34,648 nucleotides of DNA from Thermoplasmata archaeon (lineage in GTDB: Archaea > Thermoplasmatota > DAOVMN01), in assembly GCA_030630685.1 (NCBI GenBank), contig DAOVMN010000001.1:1-34648 (forward strand), given 5' to 3'. How positions within the stretch are numbered: the first letter of the stretch is position 1; each line of letters begins with the position of its first letter. Under the pieces are notes generated by a model. That model saw only the letters and a list, made by a program, of their open reading frames with translations, did no database searches and was not told the DNA's origin. Both the position numbers and the translations under genes were made by a program. This document shows positions 24,451-32,850 of this stretch, piece by piece.

Positions 24451-26067
24451 ATGAGATTCAAAAGACTCTACGGGTACAATCCAAAAACCCTTGAACGGAT
24501 TGAAAACAGCATTATCATTCCCCTCAATGACGGGGGATTCGATGCCCTTTCCCCGGGATACTTGTTCTTCGGTCCGCCGGGAACCGGGAAGACCGCGGTG
24601 ATAGAATCCATCGCAACAGAGGCCAGGGGAAAAATGAGGTTCATCAGGGTAAAGATCGTGGATATGATGATGTCCTCTTCCACCCCTGAACGGTTCAAGG
24701 AATCGATGGACAAGATATTCGAAAGGGCGAAGAAGGCGATGCCATCCTTTATTTATCTGGATAAACCCGAGCGGATCGAGAGTTCGGGTGTGATGGATGA
24801 GATGCCTGTACGTTCGGTTCCCCAGGCGTATGTCGCAGAGAAGATGCGGGAGATCCGCGGCAAGGGCATCTGCCTCCTGTTGGAGGTGCAGGATCCTCAC
24901 GATCTCGACACTGCGCTCTTTGGTCCGGGACGGGTTGAGGACATGTTTTATTTCGACTATCCCAACGAGGAGCGCCTAAGGACCATCATCTCACGACACC
25001 TTTCTAACAAGCTCAAGCGAACTGACCTTCATGCGGCAGTCTCCATACTCCGGGGACTTTCTCCGGCTGACGTTGAAACAATGATCAGAAAAGGGAATGC
25101 CAGAGCTGGATTAGAGGGAAGAGGCATCAGCTTGGATGATCTCGAGTGGGTACGACGCTCGACCTCGCTCTTTGTGAATGACAGGCTCGCGGGAAATGTA
25201 AGCCGATTCTGGAGAAGCTACGGTGCAATTTCCCCGCCCGAGCGCTTGAGCTGGGACATAGTGATAGGTCTCGAGACCGTGAAAAGAGAGTTTACCCGCA
25301 TCGAAAGGATACTCAAGGACAAGAAGTTTGCGGATAAATTCGGTCTCGAGCTTCCTAAGGGCCTGCTTCTCTACGGCCCACCCGGGTGTGGAAAGACCAT
25401 GATCACCAGAATAATGGGTGCACGACTTGGAATCCATTTCATCCACCAGAGCGCCTCTGAACTCCACTCCACCTACTGGGGAGAGGCAAAGAACAAGGTG
25501 AAGGGGCTGTTCAGTGAGGCAGAGAGGAAGTCCCCGTCTCTCATATTCCTTGACGATATCGATACCCTGAAATCACGGCACATCCCCGGGGAATCAGGTG
25601 CAGCTCTATCCGAGATAATCACCCAGATACTCTATGAGCTGGACAGCATCAGAGCACGACGCAGCATCCTTTTCATCAGTGCAACTAATCTTCCCTGGGA
25701 GATGGACGAGGCGCTCATGAGACCGGGGAGGATCGATAAGAAGCTCTATGTTCCCCCGCCTGATGCGTATGCGAGAAAGAGGCTCTTCGAGATGTACCTT
25801 TCAGGAAAGCCCTACGGAAAGATCGATCTCAACCACCTCCCTGCCTTAACAGAGAACTATTCGGGTGCGGACATCAGGGAAGTGTGCAGCATGGCTGCCG
25901 AGGAGTTGGCGGACATCTATATCGAGAAAGGGAGATCCGAACGAATCACCATGGACAGGATGCTGAAGATCATCAGGAACTACAAGCCATCCATCAATCC
26001 ATCGTTCATCCGGGCCTATGACCAGTTTTCCAGGAAGACGGCAGAACCTGGTCGGTACATCGGATGA
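24451..26067 (+). CDS. Tandem AAA+ ATPase (CDC48-like D1-D2 without a recognisable N-domain)
   Basis: D1 has GPPGTGKT but a degenerate Walker B (FIYLDKPE). D2 has GPPGCGKT, Walker B LIFLDDID and SRH ATNLPWEMDEALMRPGRID. Confidence 0.85.
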   Translation: MRFKRLYGYNPKTLERIENSIIIPLNDGGFDALSPGYLFFGPPGTGKTAVIESIATEARGKMRFIRVKIVDMMMSSSTPERFKESMDKIFERAKKAMPSFIYLDKPERIESSGVMDEMPVRSVPQAYVAEKMREIRGKGICLLLEVQDPHDLDTALFGPGRVEDMFYFDYPNEERLRTIISRHLSNKLKRTDLHAAVSILRGLSPADVETMIRKGNARAGLEGRGISLDDLEWVRRSTSLFVNDRLAGNVSRFWRSYGAISPPERLSWDIVIGLETVKREFTRIERILKDKKFADKFGLELPKGLLLYGPPGCGKTMITRIMGARLGIHFIHQSASELHSTYWGEAKNKVKGLFSEAERKSPSLIFLDDIDTLKSRHIPGESGAALSEIITQILYELDSIRARRSILFISATNLPWEMDEALMRPGRIDKKLYVPPPDAYARKRLFEMYLSGKPYGKIDLNHLPALTENYSGADIREVCSMAAEELADIYIEKGRSERITMDRMLKIIRNYKPSINPSFIRAYDQFSRKTAEPGRYIG

Positions 26068-26108
26068 TGATTCACGGAACTCATAGGCAAGAGCTCAGAT
26101 CTTGAGAC

Positions 26109-27443
26109 CTATGGGAAGATGCCGCGGTGCATGATTGCATCTGCGACCCGTTTTACTGCTACTATGTATGCACCGGTCCTGTTGTCAACGCCGTGCCTCT
26201 TGCTCATTTCCAATACATTTTCAAAGGCCTTTACCATTATCTCTTTTAGCCTAACGTTCACGTCCCTCTCTGACCAGAAGAACGACTGCAGACCCTGCAC
26301 CCACTCGAAATACGAGACTGTTACACCGCCGGCATTAGCCAAAATATCGGGTAACACCATTATCTTTTTGTCAGATAGGATCTGGTCTGCCTCCGGCGTA
26401 GTAGGCCCGTTTGCGGCCTCCGCCACGATCTTCGCCTTAACGTTATCTACATTGTCGTTTGTTATCTGGTTCTCCAGTGCGGCCGGGACCAGGACATCGC
26501 ACTCCACCTCCAGAACCTGTTTGTGGCCAAGAAGTTCGGTGCCCTCGAAACCGATCACACTGCCGGTCTTGGCCTTGTGTTCGATCACCTTCTCGATGTC
26601 CAGGCCGTCCTTGTTCAGGATACCGCCCCTCGTGTCGCTTACGGCGATCACTTTTGCGCCTTTCCCACTCAACAGTTTGGCAGCAATGGAACCGGCGTTC
26701 CCGAATCCCTGGATGGCAACTTTTGCGCCGTCGATTCTGTACCCTGTGCCTTCGTCTCCATCGCAGATAGAACTTCCATCGTCCTCGCACTCCTTTCGCC
26801 ATACCTCCGGCGGGATGACCTTGTAGTCCAGATGCTTTAGTGCCTCTCGAATAACAAACATACATCCTCTTGCAGTGGCCTCGTTTCTTCCCAGAGACCC
26901 ACCGATGCTGATTGGTTTGCCTGTTACCACTCCGGGCACGGAATAGCCCTTTATCATGCTGTAGGTGTCCATGATCCAGGCCATGGTCTGTGCATTAGTG
27001 TATACATCCGGCGCAGGTATATCCTTCTCCGGCCCGATTATTATCGATATCTCGGAGGTGAACCTCCTCGTCAGGCGCTCAAGCTCGTTTTGTGACATCT
27101 CCTTTGGGTTGCAGACCACACCGCCCTTTGCACCGCCATACGGTATGCCCACGACAGCACTCTTCCATGTCATCCAGGCTGCCAGGGCCCTCACCTCATC
27201 CAGAGTTACATCCGGATGGTACCTGATGCCGCCCTTGCAGGGACCTCTTACATTATTATATTGTATCCGGTAGCCTGTGAATATCTTTATATCGCCGTTG
27301 TCCATCTTGACCGGAAAATTCACGGTCAACTCCCTCTGGGTGTGTCTAAGGTACTCGTGCACGCCCTTCTTCAGGTCCAACAACTTCGCTACATTATCCA
27401 ACTGCTGCTGTGCGATCTTGAACGGATTCAATTCTTCACTCAT
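26109..27443 (-). CDS. gdhA: Glutamate dehydrogenase
   Basis: PYGGAKGGV catalytic-Lys motif and QGFGNAGS Rossmann, with family-wide similarity. It carries a roughly 30-aa Cys/Asp-rich insert. Confidence 0.9.
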   Translation of the reverse strand: MSEELNPFKIAQQQLDNVAKLLDLKKGVHEYLRHTQRELTVNFPVKMDNGDIKIFTGYRIQYNNVRGPCKGGIRYHPDVTLDEVRALAAWMTWKSAVVGIPYGGAKGGVVCNPKEMSQNELERLTRRFTSEISIIIGPEKDIPAPDVYTNAQTMAWIMDTYSMIKGYSVPGVVTGKPISIGGSLGRNEATARGCMFVIREALKHLDYKVIPPEVWRKECEDDGSSICDGDEGTGYRIDGAKVAIQGFGNAGSIAAKLLSGKGAKVIAVSDTRGGILNKDGLDIEKVIEHKAKTGSVIGFEGTELLGHKQVLEVECDVLVPAALENQITNDNVDNVKAKIVAEAANGPTTPEADQILSDKKIMVLPDILANAGGVTVSYFEWVQGLQSFFWSERDVNVRLKEIMVKAFENVLEMSKRHGVDNRTGAYIVAVKRVADAIMHRGIFP

Positions 27444-27543
27444 TGTAAATCACCTCGTGAGGAGGACGCTCTTCTTTCGGTCGCTTCATTTGAATTTGGT
27501 CGTCTCGGATTCATCGAAGTTCCTCCGTTTGTTGGTTGAATTT

Positions 27544-27559
27544 ACCGTGTTAACACGGT
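27544..27559. promoter_or_regulatory. Perfect 16-nt palindrome ACCGTGTTAACACGGT in the gdhA / glycosyltransferase divergent intergenic region
   Basis: Read directly. It lies about 100 nt upstream of the gdhA ATG. Confidence 0.35.
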
Positions 27560-27607
27560 GATTTACATTTTGCTTAAAAGAGTTTCGCCCGAGGCCTTCG
27601 GGCATTC

Positions 27608-27636
27608 GGGACTATGTTGAAAGTTAGCGATTAAAG
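27608..27636 (+). repeat. Third copy of the 29-nt GGGACTATGTT... motif
   Basis: gggactatgttgaaagttagcgattaaag is 24/29 identical to 12368-12396. It is 25/29 identical (plus a 1-nt indel) to the reverse complement of 12726-12755. Confidence 0.6.
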
Positions 27637-27650
27637 CTAAAAATTACCAG

Positions 27651-27670
27651 GGTTCCGGAACCTTTAAATC
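27651..27670 (+). promoter_or_regulatory. Perfect 12-nt palindrome GGTTCCGGAACC abutting a TATA-like tttaaatc
   Basis: Read directly. The TATA-like box lies about 28 nt upstream of ATG 27694. Confidence 0.35.
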
Positions 27671-27693
27671 ATTGCACTGTCCTCGCTTCATGA

Positions 27694-28833
27694 ATGCCCA
27701 CTACAAACCGGATCCGCCCATTCCTAAGGGTCATCAAGAAATCAGGAGGAATTGACCTGAAGGTTGCTTTTGTTGTGAAAGGCTTCCCACCCTCCACGAT
27801 CGGGGGAACGGAATTGGCTACAGAGAAGATGGCCCATTATCTCACTCGAGCGGGAATAGGGGTACATGTTGTCACTGGTAGGATGGCCGAAGAGCCCGTA
27901 ATGGAGGAGCGGGATGGCATCAAGATCCACAGAATCGAGGCCCCAAATGGGATGTTTGGCCCATTCCGGTATTACTACTCATTGCAAAGGGTCTTGAAGG
28001 AAATCGATCCCGACATCATTCATGCCCAGGGGCTGTATTTAGAGGCGGTGATGGCGGTCAGGTGTGCGCGGAAGTGGAAGAAGAAAGTGGTGGTATCTCC
28101 CAGAGGAAGCGATATCCTGAGGGCCTCCCCGGCAGTGAAATGGATCATTGGAGGCCTTGTCTTGAAACACGCCGATCTCGTGCTCGTGCAGAACGAGTAC
28201 ATGAGAAAGGAAAGCGAGAAGCTCGCAGGGGGACTTAACACAGCAGTACTTCCCAACGGCGTGGATTCCATCCCTCCTATCATGGAGAAGAAAGGATTCA
28301 TCCTGTTCGTAGGCCGACTTCACAGGGTCAAGGGTGTGGATGTCCTTATTGAAGCCATGGGCAAGGTGGTCGAAAGCGAAGCGGTAGAACTCAGGGTCGT
28401 GGGCACAGGAGATGAGGAGGAAAAACTGAAGAGGATGGTGGCGGATAAAGAAATAGAAGACCGGGTGAGTTTCCTTGGAAAGAAAACCGGTATGGAACTC
28501 CAGGGATTAATGGGGCAGGCTGAGATTCTCATTCTTCCGAGCCGTTCCGAGGCATTCCCCATGACCATCGTGGAATCCCTCGCGGCGGGCACGCCTGTGA
28601 TTGCCTCCAATGTAGGCGGGATACCAGAGGTGATACGGAACGGAAAAGAGGGGATTCTTGTAGAACCCAGGGATCCGGATGGATTGGCAGACGCAATAAT
28701 CGAGCTTATGCAGAATCCTGGAAAAAGAAAGAAGATGGCTGAGAACGCCAGAAAAAGGGCCGAGAATTATCTCTGGGAGAATATTGTTGCGGGGTTAGTG
28801 CAGTATTATGAAGAGATGCTCTCCAAGATGTGA
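27694..28833 (+). CDS. GT4-family glycosyltransferase
   Basis: C-terminal EAFPMTIVESLAAGTPVIAS motif. The N-terminus is uncertain: the family-like LKVAFVVKG begins at CTG 27757, 7 nt after AGGAGG. Confidence 0.85.
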   Translation: MPTTNRIRPFLRVIKKSGGIDLKVAFVVKGFPPSTIGGTELATEKMAHYLTRAGIGVHVVTGRMAEEPVMEERDGIKIHRIEAPNGMFGPFRYYYSLQRVLKEIDPDIIHAQGLYLEAVMAVRCARKWKKKVVVSPRGSDILRASPAVKWIIGGLVLKHADLVLVQNEYMRKESEKLAGGLNTAVLPNGVDSIPPIMEKKGFILFVGRLHRVKGVDVLIEAMGKVVESEAVELRVVGTGDEEEKLKRMVADKEIEDRVSFLGKKTGMELQGLMGQAEILILPSRSEAFPMTIVESLAAGTPVIASNVGGIPEVIRNGKEGILVEPRDPDGLADAIIELMQNPGKRKKMAENARKRAENYLWENIVAGLVQYYEEMLSKM

Positions 28834-28845
28834 TAAATTAAGACA

Positions 28846-29811
28846 TTATCCCTCCTCTAAAACCCGTAAATCCAGCCTCTCCTCCATCTCCCTGTACCTG
28901 TTCCTGATGGAAACCTCGGTGATTCCTATCACCCTTACGATATCATGCTGGCGCTTCCTTTTTCCGCATACCTTCCCCGCAAGATAGATGGCCCCTGCAA
29001 CCATGCTCAGTGGGCTCTTCCCTACCGAGATCCCCTTCTCCGACGCCATTCTCAATATCTCCACCGTCTTCTGCCGGACCTCTGGATCCAGCTCAAGCTC
29101 ATTAGAATACCGCAGGATGTAGTCGAATGGAGAGGGGGGTGCGGTCTGGAGGTTCATCACCCGAAGAAGAAATCTATAGGACTTTGCAACCTTTCGCTTG
29201 GCGTCCTTCTCTGGAAGGGAGGTCTGGTCGGCGATCTCCTGAAGTGTTCGTGGTATCCAGGCTTTTCTGCAGGTAGCATAAAGCGAGGCTGCCACAAGGC
29301 TTTCTGTGTTCCGGCCTCGGATGAGATTCTTTTCCACAGCCTTCCGGTAGATAACGGCAGCATCATCCCTCACATTTCTTGGAAGGCCGAGGCGTGAGGC
29401 TATGGTGGAGAGCTGTTTCAGAGCCGCCATCAGGTTCCTTTCTGCCGTATTCTTTGCTCTCGTACGGTACTGCCACTTTCGCATTCTCAGGACGACCAAT
29501 CTGTTCTTCCGTGAGATTGTATTGCCGTTATAATCCCTGAAGCCATAGGAGATCTCGGTGCTCAGGCCTTTATCATGGAGCAAAGGAGTCATTGGTGCAC
29601 CGGCATGGGCTCTTTTCTCCTCCTGGATCGAATCGAAGGCTCTCCAGTCCTTGGACTCGTCGATGATGTTCTCCCGTAACACTAGACCGCAGTCTGCACA
29701 TACCTGCTCCCCATGATCTTCATCCATGATGATATGGGTGCTGTGGCATTCCGGACATGATGTGGTGTAATCAACCAGGCTCTTTGAAATTCCTGAATCT
29801 CTCATGAACAT
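28846..29811 (-). CDS. tfb: Transcription initiation factor IIB (TFB)
   Basis: Zinc ribbon CPECHS...CADCG, B-reader region and two cyclin-like repeats. Confidence 0.9.
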   Translation of the reverse strand: MFMRDSGISKSLVDYTTSCPECHSTHIIMDEDHGEQVCADCGLVLRENIIDESKDWRAFDSIQEEKRAHAGAPMTPLLHDKGLSTEISYGFRDYNGNTISRKNRLVVLRMRKWQYRTRAKNTAERNLMAALKQLSTIASRLGLPRNVRDDAAVIYRKAVEKNLIRGRNTESLVAASLYATCRKAWIPRTLQEIADQTSLPEKDAKRKVAKSYRFLLRVMNLQTAPPSPFDYILRYSNELELDPEVRQKTVEILRMASEKGISVGKSPLSMVAGAIYLAGKVCGKRKRQHDIVRVIGITEVSIRNRYREMEERLDLRVLEEG

Positions 29812-29985
29812 CCCTCCTGCTCCTCATCCCCGGATGTTCAATAATGCCCGCACACCAAAAAATGTTAGAAAAATTTATAGCGCTTACTAATGATAAACTG
29901 TGATGGCCGTTTGGCCCAGAAAATGCGTCCTGAGTTTCTATCACGTACACCATTATAAGTGCCTCAACTACGGGATTTGCTAAAG

Positions 29986-31179
29986 CTATTTATTGTTTTC
30001 TGATTCCTTCCTTAGCGGGAGATCGAGTTCCTCTACGGCCTTCTTGAGCCTGCAGATTCCTTCCTTTATCTTTTCCATTGAGGCGGCATAGGAAAGCCTC
30101 AGGTGGTGTTCCCCGAACCTCCCGAATGCACTTCCCGGGGTAAGGGCAATTCCATGGTCGAGGAGCTTCATGGCAAAAGGCAGCGAGGCGATATCATAAT
30201 CATAGGCAGGGAATGCGTAGAATGCACCTTTTGGTTTATTGATGTGGAAGCCCTCGATCCTGTTCAGCTCCTTAACAATCAGGTCCCTTCTTTTCTTGAA
30301 TATCCGAACAAACTCGTGAATGGGTTCCATTGGTCCCACAAGTGCCTCGAGCGCTGCCTTTTGAACAAATGAAGTAACGCATGTGATGGAATGCTGCTGT
30401 ATCCTCTCCAAGGGTCTGAGTAATTCCTTGGATGCCGTCACCCAGCCAACCCTCCAGCCGGTCATGGCATAGGCCTTTGAGAAGCCGTTGATAGTATAGG
30501 TACGATCGAACATCCCGTCTATGGCTGCAATGGAATGATGCTTTCCCTCGTAAATGACCTTCTCATATATCTCATCTGAGATAACAGTGAGGTTGTGGTC
30601 CATTGCTATCTCGGCAATACCCTTCAGATCCTGCTTGGTAGCAACTCCTCCAGTGGGGTTGGATGGGGAATTGAGGATGATCACCCGGCTTTTCAGGGAT
30701 AACTTCTCCATGATGTCCTCAGGTTTCATGCGGAAATCGTTATCCCTATTAACCTCGACGGAAACAGGTCTTCCCTTGGCGATATTGATGAGAGCATGAT
30801 ACGATGTCCAGCAGGGATTGGGGATGATGACCTCCTCCCCTATATCCACACTCGAGAGGATCGCAATCGATATTGCATGCTTGGCAATGGTGACCATGAC
30901 CTCATTGCAGGTGGCGGGTATCCCGTTCTCTTCCCTGCATTTCTTTGCGATGGCCTCCCTGAGACATTTTATCCCATTGCTTGCCGTATAGTGGGTGAAC
31001 CCCTCATCCAATGCCCTTTTCGCTGCATCGATAATATGCTGTGGGGTAGTAAAATCGGGCTCCCCCATAGAAAAAGAGATAATGTCCTTTCCTTCTTCGA
31101 TCAAGTCATCGGCCTTGTTGGCCATCCCGAGGGTTCCGGATTCACGCATCCTTTCCACACGTTGTGCAAAGCTTACCAT
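29986..31179 (-). CDS. Class I/II PLP-dependent aminotransferase (aspartate aminotransferase-like)
   Basis: GEPDFTTP, NPSNPTG and PLP-lysine SFSKAYAMTGWRVGW. The likely start is ATG 31179; the ORF track extends to 31251. Confidence 0.85.
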   Translation of the reverse strand: MVSFAQRVERMRESGTLGMANKADDLIEEGKDIISFSMGEPDFTTPQHIIDAAKRALDEGFTHYTASNGIKCLREAIAKKCREENGIPATCNEVMVTIAKHAISIAILSSVDIGEEVIIPNPCWTSYHALINIAKGRPVSVEVNRDNDFRMKPEDIMEKLSLKSRVIILNSPSNPTGGVATKQDLKGIAEIAMDHNLTVISDEIYEKVIYEGKHHSIAAIDGMFDRTYTINGFSKAYAMTGWRVGWVTASKELLRPLERIQQHSITCVTSFVQKAALEALVGPMEPIHEFVRIFKKRRDLIVKELNRIEGFHINKPKGAFYAFPAYDYDIASLPFAMKLLDHGIALTPGSAFGRFGEHHLRLSYAASMEKIKEGICRLKKAVEELDLPLRKESENNK

Positions 31180-31251
31180 GGTAACTTGCCTCGTAAGGAA
31201 TGGGCGGGGGAATCTTAGACCCCTTTTTATAATTTGTCCTCCTCTTACCAC

Positions 31252-31272
31252 AATTGATTTAAATAATCAATT
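31252..31272. promoter_or_regulatory. Inverted repeat AATTGATT-taaat-AATCAATT in the divergent promoter region
   Basis: 8-nt perfect arms overlap a TATA-like tttaaata. They lie between the aminotransferase and tldD starts. Confidence 0.35.
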
Positions 31273-31297
31273 AATCCGTCCCGTCCGGAGGTAGAGA

Positions 31298-32683
31298 ATG
31301 TACGAAACCATCCTTTCCTTGGAAGATCGAATCATCGAGGAGACCCTGAGTGCCGGGGCAGAATACTGTGACATTCGATACGAGTCCGTGCTCGGAACGG
31401 GCCTTGAGATGAAGAACAATGAGCTCAGGGAAGTGGTCCCTGGAAGGTCGGAAGGAGCGATCCTCAGGGCGCTTTACAAGGGCTCCTGGGGTATCTATTC
31501 GTTTAATGACGAAGAGGGCCTGGGGAAGGCTCCGGAAATGGTCATTCGGTTTGCCAGGGCCGCGGGATCAGGTGACTCTGTTATTGCATCGGTGGAGGTT
31601 CTCAAGAAAAATGTCGTTTGGAGACCCAAAGTAAAGCCCGAGGATATCCCGCTTGAAGAGAAGTATTCCCTTGTGAAGGAAGTGAACAAAAGGGTCATGG
31701 AAAAGGATGGGATCGTCGGGATCACCTCTGTTTACAGTGATTCAAGGATACGCAAGCGCATCGTGACCTCCGAGGGAACCGAGGCGGGGTACGAGTTGTG
31801 CAGAGGCCATGTCCAATCCCGGATCACGGCAAAGAGGGATGGACGTATCCTTGGGTATCGCACCCGTGTGGGAGCTACCGGAGGATTCGAGATCTTTTCG
31901 AACGAGGACCCTGTGGAAAAGGCCGTGAAAGGAGCGGAAGCCGCTCTGATAATCCTTGGAGCCAAAGTTTCACCATCCGGAAGGATGACGGTGATCGCTG
32001 ACCACGACCTGACCGGAGTGTTTGCACATGAGGCCGTTGGCCATACCACAGAAGCGGATCTTGTGGTATCCGGGGAATCTGTTCTGGAGGGTAGACTGGG
32101 AGAGGTTGTTGCCTCGGAACTCGTAACCCTTGTGGACGACCCGACAATTCCTAAAGGATTCGGTTCGTTTCCGATAGATGATGAAGGCATCGAAGCCAGA
32201 AGGAAGACCCTTATCGAGAAGGGAGTGCTGAAGGATTATATCCTGGACAGGGAGACGGCTGCCAAGCTTGGACTTGTGCCCAACGGAGGGGCACGAGCAC
32301 AATCCTATGCAAACCGTCCACTGGTCCGTATGTCGAACACCATGATCGAGGGCGGGGACCTGTCCCTCGAGGAGCTGATCGAGGACATGGATTACGGGGT
32401 CTATGCCAAGGGCACCCGCGGCGGACAGGTGGACACGGTTCGGGGTTCGTTCCAGTTCAGTGCCCAGCAGGCCTTCCTCATCGAGAAAGGGGAGATAACC
32501 ATACCTCTGAGGGATGTCTCACTCTCGGGTATGACATTGGAGACCCTGAGGAACATCGATGGTGTCGGGAACGATCCTAGACTCGGGGACCCGGGATTCT
32601 GCGGTAAGGGCCAGATGGTCCCTGTCGGGGACGGTGGACCGCATATCAGGATCCGCAATGCTGTGGTTGGGGGTGGTGTATGA
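31298..32683 (+). CDS. tldD: Metalloprotease TldD
   Basis: HEAVGH metal site, with family-wide similarity. GGAGGT lies 5 nt upstream of the ATG. Confidence 0.9.
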   Translation: MYETILSLEDRIIEETLSAGAEYCDIRYESVLGTGLEMKNNELREVVPGRSEGAILRALYKGSWGIYSFNDEEGLGKAPEMVIRFARAAGSGDSVIASVEVLKKNVVWRPKVKPEDIPLEEKYSLVKEVNKRVMEKDGIVGITSVYSDSRIRKRIVTSEGTEAGYELCRGHVQSRITAKRDGRILGYRTRVGATGGFEIFSNEDPVEKAVKGAEAALIILGAKVSPSGRMTVIADHDLTGVFAHEAVGHTTEADLVVSGESVLEGRLGEVVASELVTLVDDPTIPKGFGSFPIDDEGIEARRKTLIEKGVLKDYILDRETAAKLGLVPNGGARAQSYANRPLVRMSNTMIEGGDLSLEELIEDMDYGVYAKGTRGGQVDTVRGSFQFSAQQAFLIEKGEITIPLRDVSLSGMTLETLRNIDGVGNDPRLGDPGFCGKGQMVPVGDGGPHIRIRNAVVGGGV

Positions 32684-32688
32684 AAAAA

Positions 32689-32832
32689 CATGAGGATTTA
32701 TCCGAGTGCCGGATGAACACGCATGAGGCACAAAGTGCTGAACACCGATTGAATCCGAAGGATTCGACAAGGTCGTCAAGGCCTGAAGCACGAAGTGCTG
32801 ATGGCCGGATGACCTCGAAGAGGTCGTCAAGG
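32689..32832 (+). repeat. Tandem short-hairpin array D (5 hairpins) between the tldD stop and the conserved pmbA N-terminus
   Basis: GGA-ttta-TCC (32694-32703), GCAC-aaa-GTGC (32728-32738), GAATCC-gaa-GGATTC (32751-32765), AGCAC-gaa-GTGCT (32787-32799), GACCTC-gaa-GAGGTC (32811-32825). The linkers are the same as in arrays B and C. Confidence 0.75.
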
Positions 32833-32850
32833 ACAGATGACCTCCTTGCT

